Part shown: positions 20,281 to 31,024 of the stretch, one piece after another | How the letters are laid out: every line of letters begins with the position of its first letter | Numbering within the stretch: position 1 is the stretch's first letter | Assembly (NCBI RefSeq): GCF_030013595.1 | Contig: NZ_CP122771.1 | Source of the DNA: Escherichia coli | Lineage (GTDB): Bacteria; Pseudomonadota; Gammaproteobacteria; Enterobacterales; Enterobacteriaceae | Strand: one strand, 5' to 3' | Length of the DNA stretch: 64,000 bases | Made by a program: the position numbers and the translations under genes | The notes under the pieces: model-generated | Database searches by the model: none | Told to the model about the DNA's origin: nothing | What the model saw: only the letters and a program-made list of their open reading frames with translations

Positions 20281-23200
20281 TGTTGAGTTTCAGCGTTGTT
20301 AAATCGGCAGGCAGTGCCGGAAACTATTACACCGACAAGGATAATTACTATGTGCTGGGCAGCATGGGAGAACGCTGGGCTGGTCAGGGGGCTGAACAGC
20401 TTGGGCTGCAGGGCAGCGTCGATAAGGATGTTTTTACCCGTCTTCTGGAGGGCAGGCTGCCGGACGGAGCGGATTTAAGCCGCATGCAGGATGGCAGTAA
20501 TAAGCATCGTCCCGGCTACGACCTGACCTTCTCCGCCCCCAAAAGTGTCTCCATGATGGCCATGCTCGGGGGGGATAAACGTCTTATTGATGCACATAAC
20601 CAGGCCGTGGATTTTGCTGTCCGTCAGGTGGAGGCGCTGGCTTCCACACGGGTGATGACGGACGGACAGTCAGAAACGGTGCTGACCGGTAATCTGGTGA
20701 TGGCACTGTTTAACCATGACACCAGTCGCGATCAGGACCCACAGTTACACACGCATGTGGTGGTGGCTAATGTCACGCAGCATAATGGCGAGTGGAAGAC
20801 ACTGAGCAGTGACAAAGTGGGGAAAACCGGATTTTCCGAGAACGTGCTCGCGAACCGGATTGCGTTCGGGAAAATATATCAGAGTGAGTTACGTCAGCGC
20901 GTTGAGGCGCTGGGTTATGAAACCGAAGTGGTCGGTAAGCACGGTATGTGGGAGATGCCGGGCGTACCGGTGGAGGCCTTTTCCAGTCGTTCACAGGCTA
21001 TCAGGGAGGCCGTCGGTGAAGACGCCTCGCTGAAATCCCGGGATGTGGCGGCGCTGGATACGCGTAAATCCAAACAGCACGTCGATCCGGAAATCAGAAT
21101 GGCTGAATGGATGCAGACGCTGAAGGAAACCGGGTTCGACATCCGGGCATATCGTGACGCGGCGGATCAGCGTGCGGAGATCCGCACGCTGACGCCCGGG
21201 CCTGCTTCACAGGACGGGCCGGATGTGCAGCAGGCGGTGACACAGGCGATTGCCGGATTAAGTGAACGAAAAGTGCAGTTCACGTACACGGACGTGCTGG
21301 CCAGAACGGTCGGCATACTGCCGCCGGAAAATGGTGTGATTGAACGGGCACGCGCCGGTATCGATGAGGCCATCAGCCGTGAGCAGCTTATCCCCCTCGA
21401 CCGTGAGAAGGGGCTGTTCACGTCCGGGATTCATGTGCTCGATGAGCTGTCAGTCCGGGCACTCAGTCGTGACATCATGAAACAGAACCGGGTGACCGTA
21501 CATCCGGAGAAAAGTGTTCCCCGGACGGCCGGTTACAGCGATGCCGTCAGCGTGCTGGCACAGGATCGCCCGTCGCTGGCCATTGTGTCCGGGCAGGGCG
21601 GTGCAGCCGGGCAGCGTGAGCGGGTGGCTGAACTGGTCATGATGGCCCGGGAGCAGGGGCGGGAGGTGCAGATTATCGCTGCTGACCGTCGCTCGCAGAT
21701 GAACATGAAGCAGGATGAGCGTCTGTCCGGTGAGCTGATAACCGGGCGGCGTCAGCTGCTGGAGGGCATGACCTTCACGCCGGGCAGTACCGTTATCGTC
21801 GACCAGGGCGAAAAACTCTCCCTGAAAGAGACGTTAACTCTGCTGGACGGTGCCGCACGGCATAACGTACAGGTCCTGATAATCGACAGCGGGCAGCGGA
21901 CCGGTACCGGCAGTGCGCTGATGGCCATGAAGGATGCCGGAGTGAACACATATCGCTGGCAGGGGGGAGAACAGCGACCGGCAACCATCATCAGTGAACC
22001 GGACCGTAATGTCCGCTATGCCCGGCTGGCCGGAGATTTTGCGGTCAGCGTGAAAGCCGGAGAAGAGAGCGTGGCGCAGGTCAGTGGAGTACGGGAACAG
22101 GCCATGCTGACTCAGACCATTCGCAGTGAGCTGAAAACACAGGGCGTACTCGGACATCCGGAGGTGACCATGACCGCGCTGTCACCGGTCTGGCTGGACA
22201 GCCGGAGTCGTTATCTGCGGGATATGTACCGCCCGGGGATGGTGATGGAGCAGTGGAACCCGGAGACACGCAGTCATGACCGCTATGTGATAGACCGGGT
22301 GACGGCGCAGAGTCACAGCCTGACCCTGCGGGATGCGCAGGGCGAAACGCAGGTGGTGCGTATTTCCTCCCTGGACAGCAGCTGGTCGCTGTTCCGGCCG
22401 GAAAAAATGCCGGTGGCAGACGGCGAGCGACTGAGGGTGACCGGGAAAATTCCCGGACTCCGAGTCTCCGGCGGTGACCGCCTGCAGGTGGCATCCGTCA
22501 GTGAAGATGTGATGACGGTTGTTGTGCCGGGGCGGGCTGAACCGGCCTCCCTGCCTGTGAGCGATTCACCGTTCACGGCACTGAAGCTGGAGAATGGCTG
22601 GGTGGAAACGCCCGGGCATTCCGTCAGCGACAGTGCGAAGGTTTTTGCCTCCGTCACACAGATGGCAATGGACAAGGCCACCCTGAACGGTCTGGCCCGC
22701 AGTGGTCGTGATGTCCGGCTGTATTCCTCACTGGATGAAACCCGTACTGCGGAAAAACTTGCCCGCCATCCGTCCTTTACGGTGGTTTCTGAGCAGATAA
22801 AGGCGCGGGCCGGTGAGACATCGCTGGAAACGGCTATCAGTCATCAGAAGTCCGCACTTAACACACCGGCACAGCAGGCCATTCATCTTGCCCTTCCGGT
22901 GGTGGAAAGTAAAAACCTGGCCTTCAGCCATGTGGACCTGCTGACAGAGGCAAAGTCGTTTGCTGCAGAAGGAACCAGTTTTGCTGACCTGGGGCGGGAA
23001 ATCAATGCGCAGATAAAACGCGGTGACTTACTGTATGTGGATGTGGCAAAAGGCTATGGCACAGGCCTGCTGGTTTCCCGTGCGTCGTATGAGGCAGAAA
23101 AGAGCATTCTTCGCCATATTCTCGAAGGTAAGGAGGCGGTCACGCCGCTGATGGAGAGAGTACCTGGCGAACTCATGGAGAAACTGACATCAGGACAGCG

Positions 23201-25550
23201 TGCCGCCACCCGCATGATACTGGAAACGTCCGACCGTTTCACGGTGGTGCAGGGCTATGCCGGTGTGGGTAAGACCACACAGTTCCGGGCGGTGATGTCA
23301 GCCGTGAACATGCTGCCGGAGAGTGAGCGTCCCCGTGTCGTTGGGCTGGGCCCCACGCACCGTGCGGTCGGGGAGATGCGCAGCGCCGGCGTGGATGCAC
23401 AGACACTGGCGTCCTTTCTGCATGACACGCAGCTGCAGCAGCGCAGCGGAGAAACGCCGGATTTCAGCAACACGCTGTTTCTGCTCGATGAGAGCTCAAT
23501 GGTGGGCAATACCGACATGGCACGGGCATACGCCCTGATTGCGGCCGGTGGTGGTCGTGCCGTGGCCAGCGGTGACACGGACCAGCTGCAGGCCATCGCG
23601 CCCGGTCAGCCTTTCCGTCTCCAGCAGACGCGCAGTGCTGCCGATGTGGTCATCATGAAGGAGATTGTGCGCCAGACGCCGGAGCTGCGGGAGGCGGTAT
23701 ACAGCCTGATTAACCGGGATGTGGAAAGGGCACTGTCCGGGCTTGAGAGTGTGAAACCGTCTCAGGTGCCACGTCAGGAGGGCGCATGGGTACCGGAGCA
23801 CTCCGTGACGGAGTTCAGTCACAGCCAGGAAGCGAAACTGGCAGAAGCGCAGCAGAAGGCGATGCTGAAAGGTGAGGCTTTTCCGGATATTCCCATGACA
23901 CTGTATGAAGCCATTGTCCGCGATTATACCGGCAGGACGCCGGAAGCACGGGAGCAGACGCTGATTGTCACGCATCTGAATGAGGACCGGCGCGTACTGA
24001 ACAGCATGATTCATGATGCACGGGAAAAGGCCGGTGAGCTGGGAAAAGAGCAGGTCATGGTGCCTGTCCTGAACACAGCGAATATACGCGACGGGGAGTT
24101 GCGTCGTCTCTCCACCTGGGAGACACATCGGGACGCACTTGCCCTGGTGGATAATGTGTATCACCGGATTGCCGGTATCAGCAAGGATGACGGGCTGATA
24201 ACTCTGCAGGATGCGGAAGGTAACACGCGGCTGATTTCGCCCCGGGAGGCGGTGGCTGAAGGCGTCACACTGTACACTCCGGACACCATCCGGGTGGGAA
24301 CCGGTGACCGGATGCGCTTCACGAAGAGTGACCGGGAGCGCGGTTATGTGGCCAACAGCGTCTGGACGGTGACAGCGGTTTCCGGTGACAGTGTCACGCT
24401 GTCGGACGGACAGCAGACCCGGGTGATTCGCCCCGCCCAGGAGCAGGCAGAGCAACATATTGACCTGGCCTATGCCATCACCGCCCACGGTGCGCAGGGG
24501 GCGAGTGAAACCTTTGCCATTGCGCTTGAAGGCACGGAAGGTAACCGGAAACTGATGGCCGGCTTTGAGTCAGCCTACGTGGCCCTGTCGCGTATGAAGC
24601 AGCATGTGCAGGTGTACACCGATAATCGTCAGGGCTGGACGGATGCCATTAACAATGCCGTACAGAAAGGAACTGCCCACGATGTGCTGGAGCCGAAACC
24701 GGACCGGGAGGTCATGAATGCAGAGCGGCTGTTCAGTACGGCGCGGGAGCTGCGGGACGTGGCGGCAGGGCGTGCCGTTCTTCGTCAGGCGGGGCTTGCC
24801 GGGGGAGACAGTCCTGCACGGTTTATTGCACCGGGACGTAAATATCCACAGCCGTATGTGGCACTGCCGGCGTTTGACCGTAACGGCAAATCAGCCGGTA
24901 TCTGGCTGAACCCGCTGACCTCGGATGACGGAAACGGGCTGCGGGGATTCAGCGGTGAAGGCCGTGTGAAAGGCAGCGGGGATGCGCAGTTCGTGGCCCT
25001 GCAGGGCAGCCGTAACGGAGAAAGCCTGCTGGCTGATAATATGCAGGAGGGTGTCCGGATTGCCCGTGATAATCCTGACAGCGGTGTGGTGGTAAGAATC
25101 GCCGGTGAAGGCCGTCCGTGGAATCCCGGTGCCATCACCGGTGGCCGCGTGTGGGGGGATATCCCGGACAACAGCGTCCAGCCGGGAGCCGGAAATGGCG
25201 AGCCGGTCACGGCAGAGGTACTGGCACAGCGGCAGGCTGAAGAGGCCATCCGCCGTGAAACGGAACGCCGTGCGGATGAAATTGTCCGTAAAATGGCAGA
25301 GAACAAACCTGACCTGCCGGATGGCAAAACAGAGCAGGCTGTCAGGGAGATTGCCGGGCAGGAGCGTGACCGGGCTGCCATAACTGAACGGGAAGCCGCG
25401 CTGCCGGAGAGTGTGCTGCGTGAATCACAACGGGAGCGGGAAGCGGTCCGGGAGGTTGCCCGGGAAAATCTGCTGCAGGAGCGTCTGCAGCAGATGGAGC
25501 GGGATATGGTTCGTGACCTGCAGAAAGAGAAAACCCTGGGCGGAGACTGA
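20280..25550 (+). CDS. traI: TraI, relaxase/helicase
   Basis: 1756 aa, N-terminus [24 protein letters not shown]; ATGA overlap with the traD stop; size identical to F TraI. Confidence 0.95.
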   Translation: MLSFSVVKSAGSAGNYYTDKDNYYVLGSMGERWAGQGAEQLGLQGSVDKDVFTRLLEGRLPDGADLSRMQDGSNKHRPGYDLTFSAPKSVSMMAMLGGDKRLIDAHNQAVDFAVRQVEALASTRVMTDGQSETVLTGNLVMALFNHDTSRDQDPQLHTHVVVANVTQHNGEWKTLSSDKVGKTGFSENVLANRIAFGKIYQSELRQRVEALGYETEVVGKHGMWEMPGVPVEAFSSRSQAIREAVGEDASLKSRDVAALDTRKSKQHVDPEIRMAEWMQTLKETGFDIRAYRDAADQRAEIRTLTPGPASQDGPDVQQAVTQAIAGLSERKVQFTYTDVLARTVGILPPENGVIERARAGIDEAISREQLIPLDREKGLFTSGIHVLDELSVRALSRDIMKQNRVTVHPEKSVPRTAGYSDAVSVLAQDRPSLAIVSGQGGAAGQRERVAELVMMAREQGREVQIIAADRRSQMNMKQDERLSGELITGRRQLLEGMTFTPGSTVIVDQGEKLSLKETLTLLDGAARHNVQVLIIDSGQRTGTGSALMAMKDAGVNTYRWQGGEQRPATIISEPDRNVRYARLAGDFAVSVKAGEESVAQVSGVREQAMLTQTIRSELKTQGVLGHPEVTMTALSPVWLDSRSRYLRDMYRPGMVMEQWNPETRSHDRYVIDRVTAQSHSLTLRDAQGETQVVRISSLDSSWSLFRPEKMPVADGERLRVTGKIPGLRVSGGDRLQVASVSEDVMTVVVPGRAEPASLPVSDSPFTALKLENGWVETPGHSVSDSAKVFASVTQMAMDKATLNGLARSGRDVRLYSSLDETRTAEKLARHPSFTVVSEQIKARAGETSLETAISHQKSALNTPAQQAIHLALPVVESKNLAFSHVDLLTEAKSFAAEGTSFADLGREINAQIKRGDLLYVDVAKGYGTGLLVSRASYEAEKSILRHILEGKEAVTPLMERVPGELMEKLTSGQRAATRMILETSDRFTVVQGYAGVGKTTQFRAVMSAVNMLPESERPRVVGLGPTHRAVGEMRSAGVDAQTLASFLHDTQLQQRSGETPDFSNTLFLLDESSMVGNTDMARAYALIAAGGGRAVASGDTDQLQAIAPGQPFRLQQTRSAADVVIMKEIVRQTPELREAVYSLINRDVERALSGLESVKPSQVPRQEGAWVPEHSVTEFSHSQEAKLAEAQQKAMLKGEAFPDIPMTLYEAIVRDYTGRTPEAREQTLIVTHLNEDRRVLNSMIHDAREKAGELGKEQVMVPVLNTANIRDGELRRLSTWETHRDALALVDNVYHRIAGISKDDGLITLQDAEGNTRLISPREAVAEGVTLYTPDTIRVGTGDRMRFTKSDRERGYVANSVWTVTAVSGDSVTLSDGQQTRVIRPAQEQAEQHIDLAYAITAHGAQGASETFAIALEGTEGNRKLMAGFESAYVALSRMKQHVQVYTDNRQGWTDAINNAVQKGTAHDVLEPKPDREVMNAERLFSTARELRDVAAGRAVLRQAGLAGGDSPARFIAPGRKYPQPYVALPAFDRNGKSAGIWLNPLTSDDGNGLRGFSGEGRVKGSGDAQFVALQGSRNGESLLADNMQEGVRIARDNPDSGVVVRIAGEGRPWNPGAITGGRVWGDIPDNSVQPGAGNGEPVTAEVLAQRQAEEAIRRETERRADEIVRKMAENKPDLPDGKTEQAVREIAGQERDRAAITEREAALPESVLRESQREREAVREVARENLLQERLQQMERDMVRDLQKEKTLGGD

Positions 25551-25569
25551 TACAGGAAGACAAACACTG

Positions 25570-26316
25570 ATGACAACGGATAACACGAACACGACACGTA
25601 ACGATTCACTGGCTGCCCGGACCGATACCTGGTTGCAGTCGTTTCTGGTCTGGTCACCCGGACAGCGGGATATCATCAAAACGGTGGCACTGGTGCTGAT
25701 GGTACTGGACCACATCAATCTGATATTCCAGCTGAAGCAGGAATGGATGTTTCTGGCCGGGCGTGGAGCCTTTCCGCTGTTTGCCCTGGTGTGGGGGCTG
25801 AATCTGTCCCGTCATGCGCATATCCGGCAACCGGCCATTAACCGGCTGTGGGGATGGGGGATTATTGCCCAGTTCGCATATTATCTGGCAGGCTTTCCCT
25901 GGTATGAGGGGAATATCCTGTTTGCCTTTGCAGTGGCGGCACAGGTGCTGACGTGGTGTGAAACGCGCAGTGGGTGGCGTACAGCAGCGGCCATTCTTCT
26001 GATGGCGCTGTGGGGGCCTTTGTCCGGCACCAGTTACGGCATTGCCGGGCTGCTGATGCTGGCAGTCAGCCACCGGCTGTACCGGGCGGAAGACAGAGCG
26101 GAACGTCTGGCGCTGGTCGCCTGCCTGCTGGCTGTTATTCCGGCGCTTAACCTTGCCACCAGTGATGCAGCGGCGGTGGCCGGTCTTGTGATGACGGTGC
26201 TGACCGTTGGTCTGGTGTCGTGTGCAGGAAAATCATTACCCCGTTTCTGGCCCGGGGATTTTTTCCCGGTATTCTACGCCTGTCATCTGGCTGTGCTGGG
26301 CGTTCTGGCGCTGTGA
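25570..26316 (+). CDS. traX: TraX, pilin N-acetylase
   Basis: ATG 25570 gives MTTDNTNTTRNDSLAARTDTWLQSFLV...; polytopic membrane protein, 248 aa as in F. Confidence 0.9.
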   Translation: MTTDNTNTTRNDSLAARTDTWLQSFLVWSPGQRDIIKTVALVLMVLDHINLIFQLKQEWMFLAGRGAFPLFALVWGLNLSRHAHIRQPAINRLWGWGIIAQFAYYLAGFPWYEGNILFAFAVAAQVLTWCETRSGWRTAAAILLMALWGPLSGTSYGIAGLLMLAVSHRLYRAEDRAERLALVACLLAVIPALNLATSDAAAVAGLVMTVLTVGLVSCAGKSLPRFWPGDFFPVFYACHLAVLGVLAL

Positions 26317-26370
26317 CGGGTGTGGTATCTTTGACCGCAAGAGGATGATTCGTCAGAGGCAGAACACAGC

Positions 26371-26931
26371 ATGACAGAGCAGAAGCGACCGGTACTGACA
26401 CTGAAGCGGAAAACGGAAGGGGAGACGCCTGTCCGCAGGCGGAAAACCATCATCAATGTCACCACGCCACCAAAGTGGAAGGTGAAAAAGCAGAAGCTGG
26501 CCGAGAAAGCAGCCCGGGAAGCAGAGCTGGCGGCAAAAAAAGCGCAGGCCAGACAGGCACTGTCCATTTATCTGAATCTGCCCACGCTGGATGAGGCCGT
26601 GAATACCCTGAAACCCTGGTGGCCGGGATTGTTTGACGGTGACACGCCCCGGCTTCTGGCCTGCGGTATCCGGGACGTGTTACTGGAAGACGTGGCGCAG
26701 CGGAATATCCCGCTCTCGCATAAAAAACTGCGCAGGGCGCTGAAGGCCATCACCCGTTCAGAAAGCTATCTGTGTGCCATGAAAGCCGGTGCCTGCCGGT
26801 ATGACACGGAAGGGTATGTGACGGAGCATATTTCTCAGGAGGAGGAAGCGTATGCGGCAGCGCGTCTGGATAAAATCCGCCGCCAGAACCGGATAAAGGC
26901 AGAACTTCAGGCCGTGCTTGATGAGAAATAA
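26371..26931 (+). CDS. finO: FinO, RNA chaperone of fertility inhibition (intact)
   Basis: 186 aa with N-terminus [25 protein letters not shown]; full length, not IS-interrupted as in F. Confidence 0.95.
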   Translation: MTEQKRPVLTLKRKTEGETPVRRRKTIINVTTPPKWKVKKQKLAEKAAREAELAAKKAQARQALSIYLNLPTLDEAVNTLKPWWPGLFDGDTPRLLACGIRDVLLEDVAQRNIPLSHKKLRRALKAITRSESYLCAMKAGACRYDTEGYVTEHISQEEEAYAAARLDKIRRQNRIKAELQAVLDEK

Positions 26932-27062
26932 AAAAAAGCCTCCATCAGAGAGGAGGCAGGGAAATAAGGCTTAAAAGGAAATAACTTCCGTACCCGAAAG
27001 GAAGCCAATTCAGTAGATTATTTAACACCATAATACTGACGGGTTAAAGAGGAGTGATAAAG

Positions 27063-27275
27063 ATGAATGGATTCAGAAACAGTTCACGGAACGGTCAGGT
27101 CTGGTGCTGGCAGCGTGCCGGAAGCCGGGCCGTTATTCTGGAAGTCAGTGGTCGCTGGATGGAAGCGGCAGAAGCATGGCGACGGGCTGCCAGTGTTGCA
27201 CCCCGGACAGACTGGCAGCAGTTTGCCCGAAAAAGGGCTGAACACTGCCACCGGCGCTGCCGGGGAAGGGTGTAA
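27063..27275 (+). CDS. Small hypothetical Arg/Trp-rich protein (70 aa)
   Basis: Strong RBS aaagaggag upstream of ATG 27063; basic protein MNGFRNSSRNGQVWCWQRAGSR...; coding status uncertain. Confidence 0.3.
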   Translation: MNGFRNSSRNGQVWCWQRAGSRAVILEVSGRWMEAAEAWRRAASVAPRTDWQQFARKRAEHCHRRCRGRV

Positions 27276-27561
27276 CGAAAAAAGCAGCCTTCATTACTCC
27301 AGGTATTCAGAAGGCTGAATAATGCATGAGATTTTTCTTTTTTATATCTGGCCTGGCAGTATGACCAGTCAGCAGTCATTATCACAGGATTATTGCTGTA
27401 TTAAGTAATAGCGTGCTGTTTTGTGATTGATTTCATAAAACAAGACGTCGTTTAATATGCGCCTGAATATTCACGAGGGAAGTCTTTCTTTTTATATGGT
27501 GCTCCCGGAAATAAAATATTTTTTGTTATTGCTCACCCTGTTATGAATAAAAGGTAAAAAC

Positions 27562-28239
27562 ATGGAAGAAAATAATACGAGTACAGATAAAAACACCCTG
27601 ACAGCCCTTATTGATTATGAAAACTGTGGCAGCCTGAAAAATATTTCCCTTGAGCAGTATGGGGAACTGATTATTTTTGTCGGGCCACAGCAGAACGTCG
27701 TTGTTCTTCCTGCAGACTCTTTTCCTGAAGGTGCGAGAATCACTATCAGGCAGGTGAGTGGTGTGTCCAGGAATAATGTCGATTTTCATCTTGTTCTGGA
27801 GCTGGGGCGGATAAGCTGTTGTGCAGCAGGGAAAGATAAAACATACCACATCATTTCATCGGATAAGGGATATGACGGTGTTATCAGGACGCTGAAAGAA
27901 GCCGGTATTACCTGCATTCGTCGTGATGTACCGGAAAGTATTGCTGCTGCCGGTGAGTCTGGTGCAGACAAAAGTAACTGCCTGAAACAACCTTCTGTTC
28001 CTGAAAGTGATATCGTCAGCCGTTGGGCAGGAAAGCTGCAGCAGATAGCCGGCAGCGGAGCCGGTAATATGCCTGTGTCCGTCGAAACATTTAATAATTA
28101 TTTAAAGTCACACATGCGTGACGAATGGAACAAAACCCGGGCAGTGGCGATAAGGAATGAACTGGTTCGTCGGGGAGTCACAGAAGTCAGGGAGAAAAAG
28201 ATAATCTGGAAAAAGGCGAAAAAGGAGAATAAAGCATGA
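27562..28239 (+). CDS. Hypothetical protein (225 aa)
   Basis: ATG with AT-rich promoter-like upstream region; basic C-terminal tail; no family recognised with confidence. Confidence 0.5.
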   Translation: MEENNTSTDKNTLTALIDYENCGSLKNISLEQYGELIIFVGPQQNVVVLPADSFPEGARITIRQVSGVSRNNVDFHLVLELGRISCCAAGKDKTYHIISSDKGYDGVIRTLKEAGITCIRRDVPESIAAAGESGADKSNCLKQPSVPESDIVSRWAGKLQQIAGSGAGNMPVSVETFNNYLKSHMRDEWNKTRAVAIRNELVRRGVTEVREKKIIWKKAKKENKA

Positions 28240-28267
28240 GGTATCGCAGCTGTGCTCAGATAAAAAC

Positions 28268-28302
28268 AGCCCCCGTTGCGGTTGCGGAGCGAAGGGGGCT
28301 GA
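28268..28302 (+). terminator. Hairpin after the 225-aa gene
   Basis: CAGCCCCC ... GGGGGCTG stem 30 bp after the stop codon. Confidence 0.45.
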
Positions 28303-28555
28303 AAAGGGGAATTAAGGATGATTGTTATTATGGTGAACCAGAAGGTTATCCCTGTCTGTAAGCTGAATCGGACTAAACGACATAATACCTGTAACATCAC
28401 TGAAACATCAGCGGTATATGTGGTGTGTATGAATATCCCGGCAGCATTAATTCTTCTGTGAGGAAATGCATTGATAAGAAACAGAATAAGTCGGTGGTAA
28501 GGAAAATGAATTTATTAATTCAGTATCCGTTTATCAGATAAAAAAGGGAAAGAGT

Positions 28556-29149
28556 ATGGTGAAACTGATTATTTTTATTCTCATTGTTCTGATTATTGCA
28601 GCGTTACTTATCCGGATTATCCTCAGAAGTGTAAATCAGCATTCTCCTTTGCTGATGCAATTGCATGCGGCAGGTATACGGACCGGTGATGCAGAGCGAA
28701 TACTGTCCAGCGGTGAATACTGGCAACGTCAGAAGACGCTGCTGACAGAAAGGGAAGTCAGTTTTATGAAAGGACTGTTCAGAATTGTGGATATGAAGCG
28801 GTGGTATCTGTGTCCGCAGGTACGGGTCGCGGATATCGTCCAGCTGAACGAGAATATCCGGCCACGATCACGCCAGTGGTGGCAGTTATTCAGAATGGTG
28901 TCTCAGTGGCATGTTGATGTGGTTATCGTTGAGCGGCGTTCGTTCAGTATTGTTGCAGCAGTAGAGCTGGATGATGCCAGCCATTTACGACCGGAACGCA
29001 GACGCCGGGATATTCTTCTGGAAGAGGTTCTGAGGCAGGCTGGTATTCCGTTGCTCAGAAGCCACGATGCCAGAAAACTGCTGCAGATGACCGGAGAATG
29101 GCTGAATACAACAGGGGCTGATCAGCAGTCCCCGGAACATCGTAGCTGA
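28556..29149 (+). CDS. Membrane-anchored protein with a PD-(D/E)xK-like motif, DUF2726-like
   Basis: N-terminal TM helix MVKLIIFILIVLIIAALLIRII; motif HVDVVIVERRSFSIVAAVELDDASH suggests a restriction-endonuclease-like fold; assignment from recall only. Confidence 0.5.
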   Translation: MVKLIIFILIVLIIAALLIRIILRSVNQHSPLLMQLHAAGIRTGDAERILSSGEYWQRQKTLLTEREVSFMKGLFRIVDMKRWYLCPQVRVADIVQLNENIRPRSRQWWQLFRMVSQWHVDVVIVERRSFSIVAAVELDDASHLRPERRRRDILLEEVLRQAGIPLLRSHDARKLLQMTGEWLNTTGADQQSPEHRS

Positions 29150-29303
29150 CGCCTTCGCGTTGCTCAGTTGTCCAACCCCGGGAGCGGGAAAAAGCAAGTT
29201 TTCCCCGCTCCCGGCGTTTCTGTAATAAAAAACGGGAAATGGTGGTCACAGAGTAAATGCCGGAACCACCTGTACCCAAACTTTATATAATAATGGTGAA
29301 TAT

Positions 29304-29768
29304 ATGAAATATGATGATGTATCAGAATTGATGATTAAGCGTGAACACAATATTCTTATTATGGGGAATTCTGCCTCCCACATTGATAAATTTTTTAAGG
29401 GATATTCTATACCAGGTTCTAAATATTATGATTTCACTCAGATTAACAGTGATTCAGATGTAGAGAGAAATGAGCATGCTGTCTCATTTATCAGGGATGC
29501 AATGAATAGTGAAGAGCACACAATCATTTTTAATTGTGTTGGGTGGCATGATTTAGGTGGTGGATCAGCAGTATCACAGTTTGCAATGATGGTCAGAAAA
29601 TTTGGTAAACAACTTATTGTCGCTGTAAGTGAAAAGGATGCCATCAAATTAAAAGATAACTTTAATATTATTGGAACGTTGTCATATGGTAAAGAAAATT
29701 TTATTGCCATGAGTCATACGAAAAGCGAGTTAACTGGAGGGAAATGTCGGTACCGGATTAAAAATTGA
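29304..29768 (+). CDS. Hypothetical AT-rich orphan protein (154 aa)
   Basis: ATG preceded by AT-rich region and a strong upstream hairpin; no recognisable family. Confidence 0.45.
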   Translation: MKYDDVSELMIKREHNILIMGNSASHIDKFFKGYSIPGSKYYDFTQINSDSDVERNEHAVSFIRDAMNSEEHTIIFNCVGWHDLGGGSAVSQFAMMVRKFGKQLIVAVSEKDAIKLKDNFNIIGTLSYGKENFIAMSHTKSELTGGKCRYRIKN

Positions 29769-29967
29769 TGTAAATAAAAAGCATACTTATTGGCTGGAGT
29801 GACGCCTTCGTGCTTCTGTAGTAAAAAGCGGGAAAGGCAGGTAATAGTCAGCAACAGGGAATGTGGTATTATCGCGGCGGGTGTCTGAGCCTTTCTGGTT
29901 CAGGCAAGACGCAGGTACCAGAAATGCGAAGACCCCACTCGTTAATCCATTAACTCGTGAGGCCTGC

Positions 29968-30174
29968 ATGAAGTACCTTAACACTACTGATTGTAGCCTC
30001 TTCCTTGCAGAGAGGTCAAAGTTTATGACGAAATATGCCCTTATCGGGTTGCTCGCCGTGTGCGCCACGGTGTTGTGTTTTTCACTGATATTCAGGGAAC
30101 GGTTATGTGAGCTGAATATTTACAGGGGAAATACAGTGGTGCAGGTAACTCTGGCCTACGAAGCACGGAAGTAA
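29968..30174 (+). CDS. SrnB' overlapping leader ORF (mok-like) of the srnB locus
   Basis: ATG 29968 in frame with the toxin; MKYLNTTDCSLFLAERSKF... precedes the toxin Met. Confidence 0.5.
   Translation: MKYLNTTDCSLFLAERSKFMTKYALIGLLAVCATVLCFSLIFRERLCELNIYRGNTVVQVTLAYEARK
30025..30174 (+). CDS. srnB: SrnB, Hok/Gef-family membrane toxin
   Basis: 49-aa peptide MTKYALIGLLAVCATVLCFSLIFRERLCELNIYRGNTVVQVTLAYEARK matches recalled F SrnB/Hok family. Confidence 0.8.
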   Translation: MTKYALIGLLAVCATVLCFSLIFRERLCELNIYRGNTVVQVTLAYEARK

Positions 30175-30457
30175 GCTGCCGGGCGGGGACGGAAGTCCCC
30201 GCTTTCCGGAAGTGTGAGGTATTTCAGGGGCAGACACCCGACATGCCAGAAACAGCCGGTCCCGCCCGGGGCCGGCATCCTGGTTAAGGCATTTCCTGCT
30301 TTTCAGTCATTTCATTATCAAAATCACATTAAACGGTCGTAATCAGACATGATTTGTGCGCCAACACAGATCTTCGTCACAATTCTCAAGTCGCTGATTT
30401 CAAAAAACTGTAGTATCCTCTGCGAAACGATCCCTGTTTGAGTATTGAGGAGGCGAG

Positions 30458-30706
30458 ATGTCGCAGACAGAAAATGCAGTGACTTCCTCATCAGGTACAA
30501 AGCGAGCATACAGAAAAGGTAATCCTCTGACGCTTGCAGAACGTCAGCAGGCATCCCTGGCAAGAAAACGAGCTACACATAAAGAACTCAGAGTGTTCAT
30601 TCCTGCTGCGTTAAAAGCGCAATTGCAGGTGATGTGTGAAGCTGAGGGCGTTACCCAGGCTGAGATGATTGCCGAACTGATAAAGCAGAAGAGTGCTTTT
30701 AGCTAA
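30458..30706 (+). CDS. repA2: CopB (RepA2), transcriptional repressor of repA
   Basis: 82 aa with N-terminus [24 protein letters not shown] as recalled for IncFII CopB. Confidence 0.85.
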   Translation: MSQTENAVTSSSGTKRAYRKGNPLTLAERQQASLARKRATHKELRVFIPAALKAQLQVMCEAEGVTQAEMIAELIKQKSAFS

Positions 30707-30949
30707 CTAAAATGTAGCGACATCACATTCTTGCCTGTTTCTGGTGTGCGTGATAGATTGCTGATCGTTTAAGGAATTTTGTGGCTGGCCACGCCGTAAG
30801 GTGGCAGGGAACTGGTTCTGATGTGGATTTACAGGAGCCAGAAAAGCGAAAACCCCGATAATCTTTCTATGTTTGGCGACGAAGAAGATTACCGGGGCCA
30901 TCTAAAAACCGTATAGCCAACAATTCAGCTATGCGGGGAGTATAGTTAT

Positions 30950-31024
30950 ATGCCCGGAAAAGTTCAAGACTTCTTTCTGTGCTCACTCCTTCTGCGCATT
31001 GTAAGTGCAGGATGGTGTGACTGA
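30950..31024 (+). CDS. tap: Tap leader peptide (RepA6) translationally coupled to repA1
   Basis: 24-codon [27 protein letters not shown] whose stop overlaps the repA1 GTG start, as in R1/R100. Confidence 0.55.

Noticed and set aside
23496-24488. 330-aa minus-strand ORF inside traI
   Set aside because: Antisense to a well-supported 1756-aa gene in GC-rich DNA, with Arg/Leu/Pro-rich low-complexity translation and no RBS; typical spurious antisense frame.
24785-25657. 290-aa minus-strand ORF overlapping the traI 3' end
   Set aside because: Ser/Arg/Pro-rich low-complexity product antisense to traI; no independent coding evidence.
26936-26962. Hairpin after finO as a finO terminator
   Set aside because: The GCCTCC/GGAGGC stem is followed by a T-run only on the minus strand, so it is more likely a terminator for antisense or convergent transcription; not reported as a plus-strand terminator.
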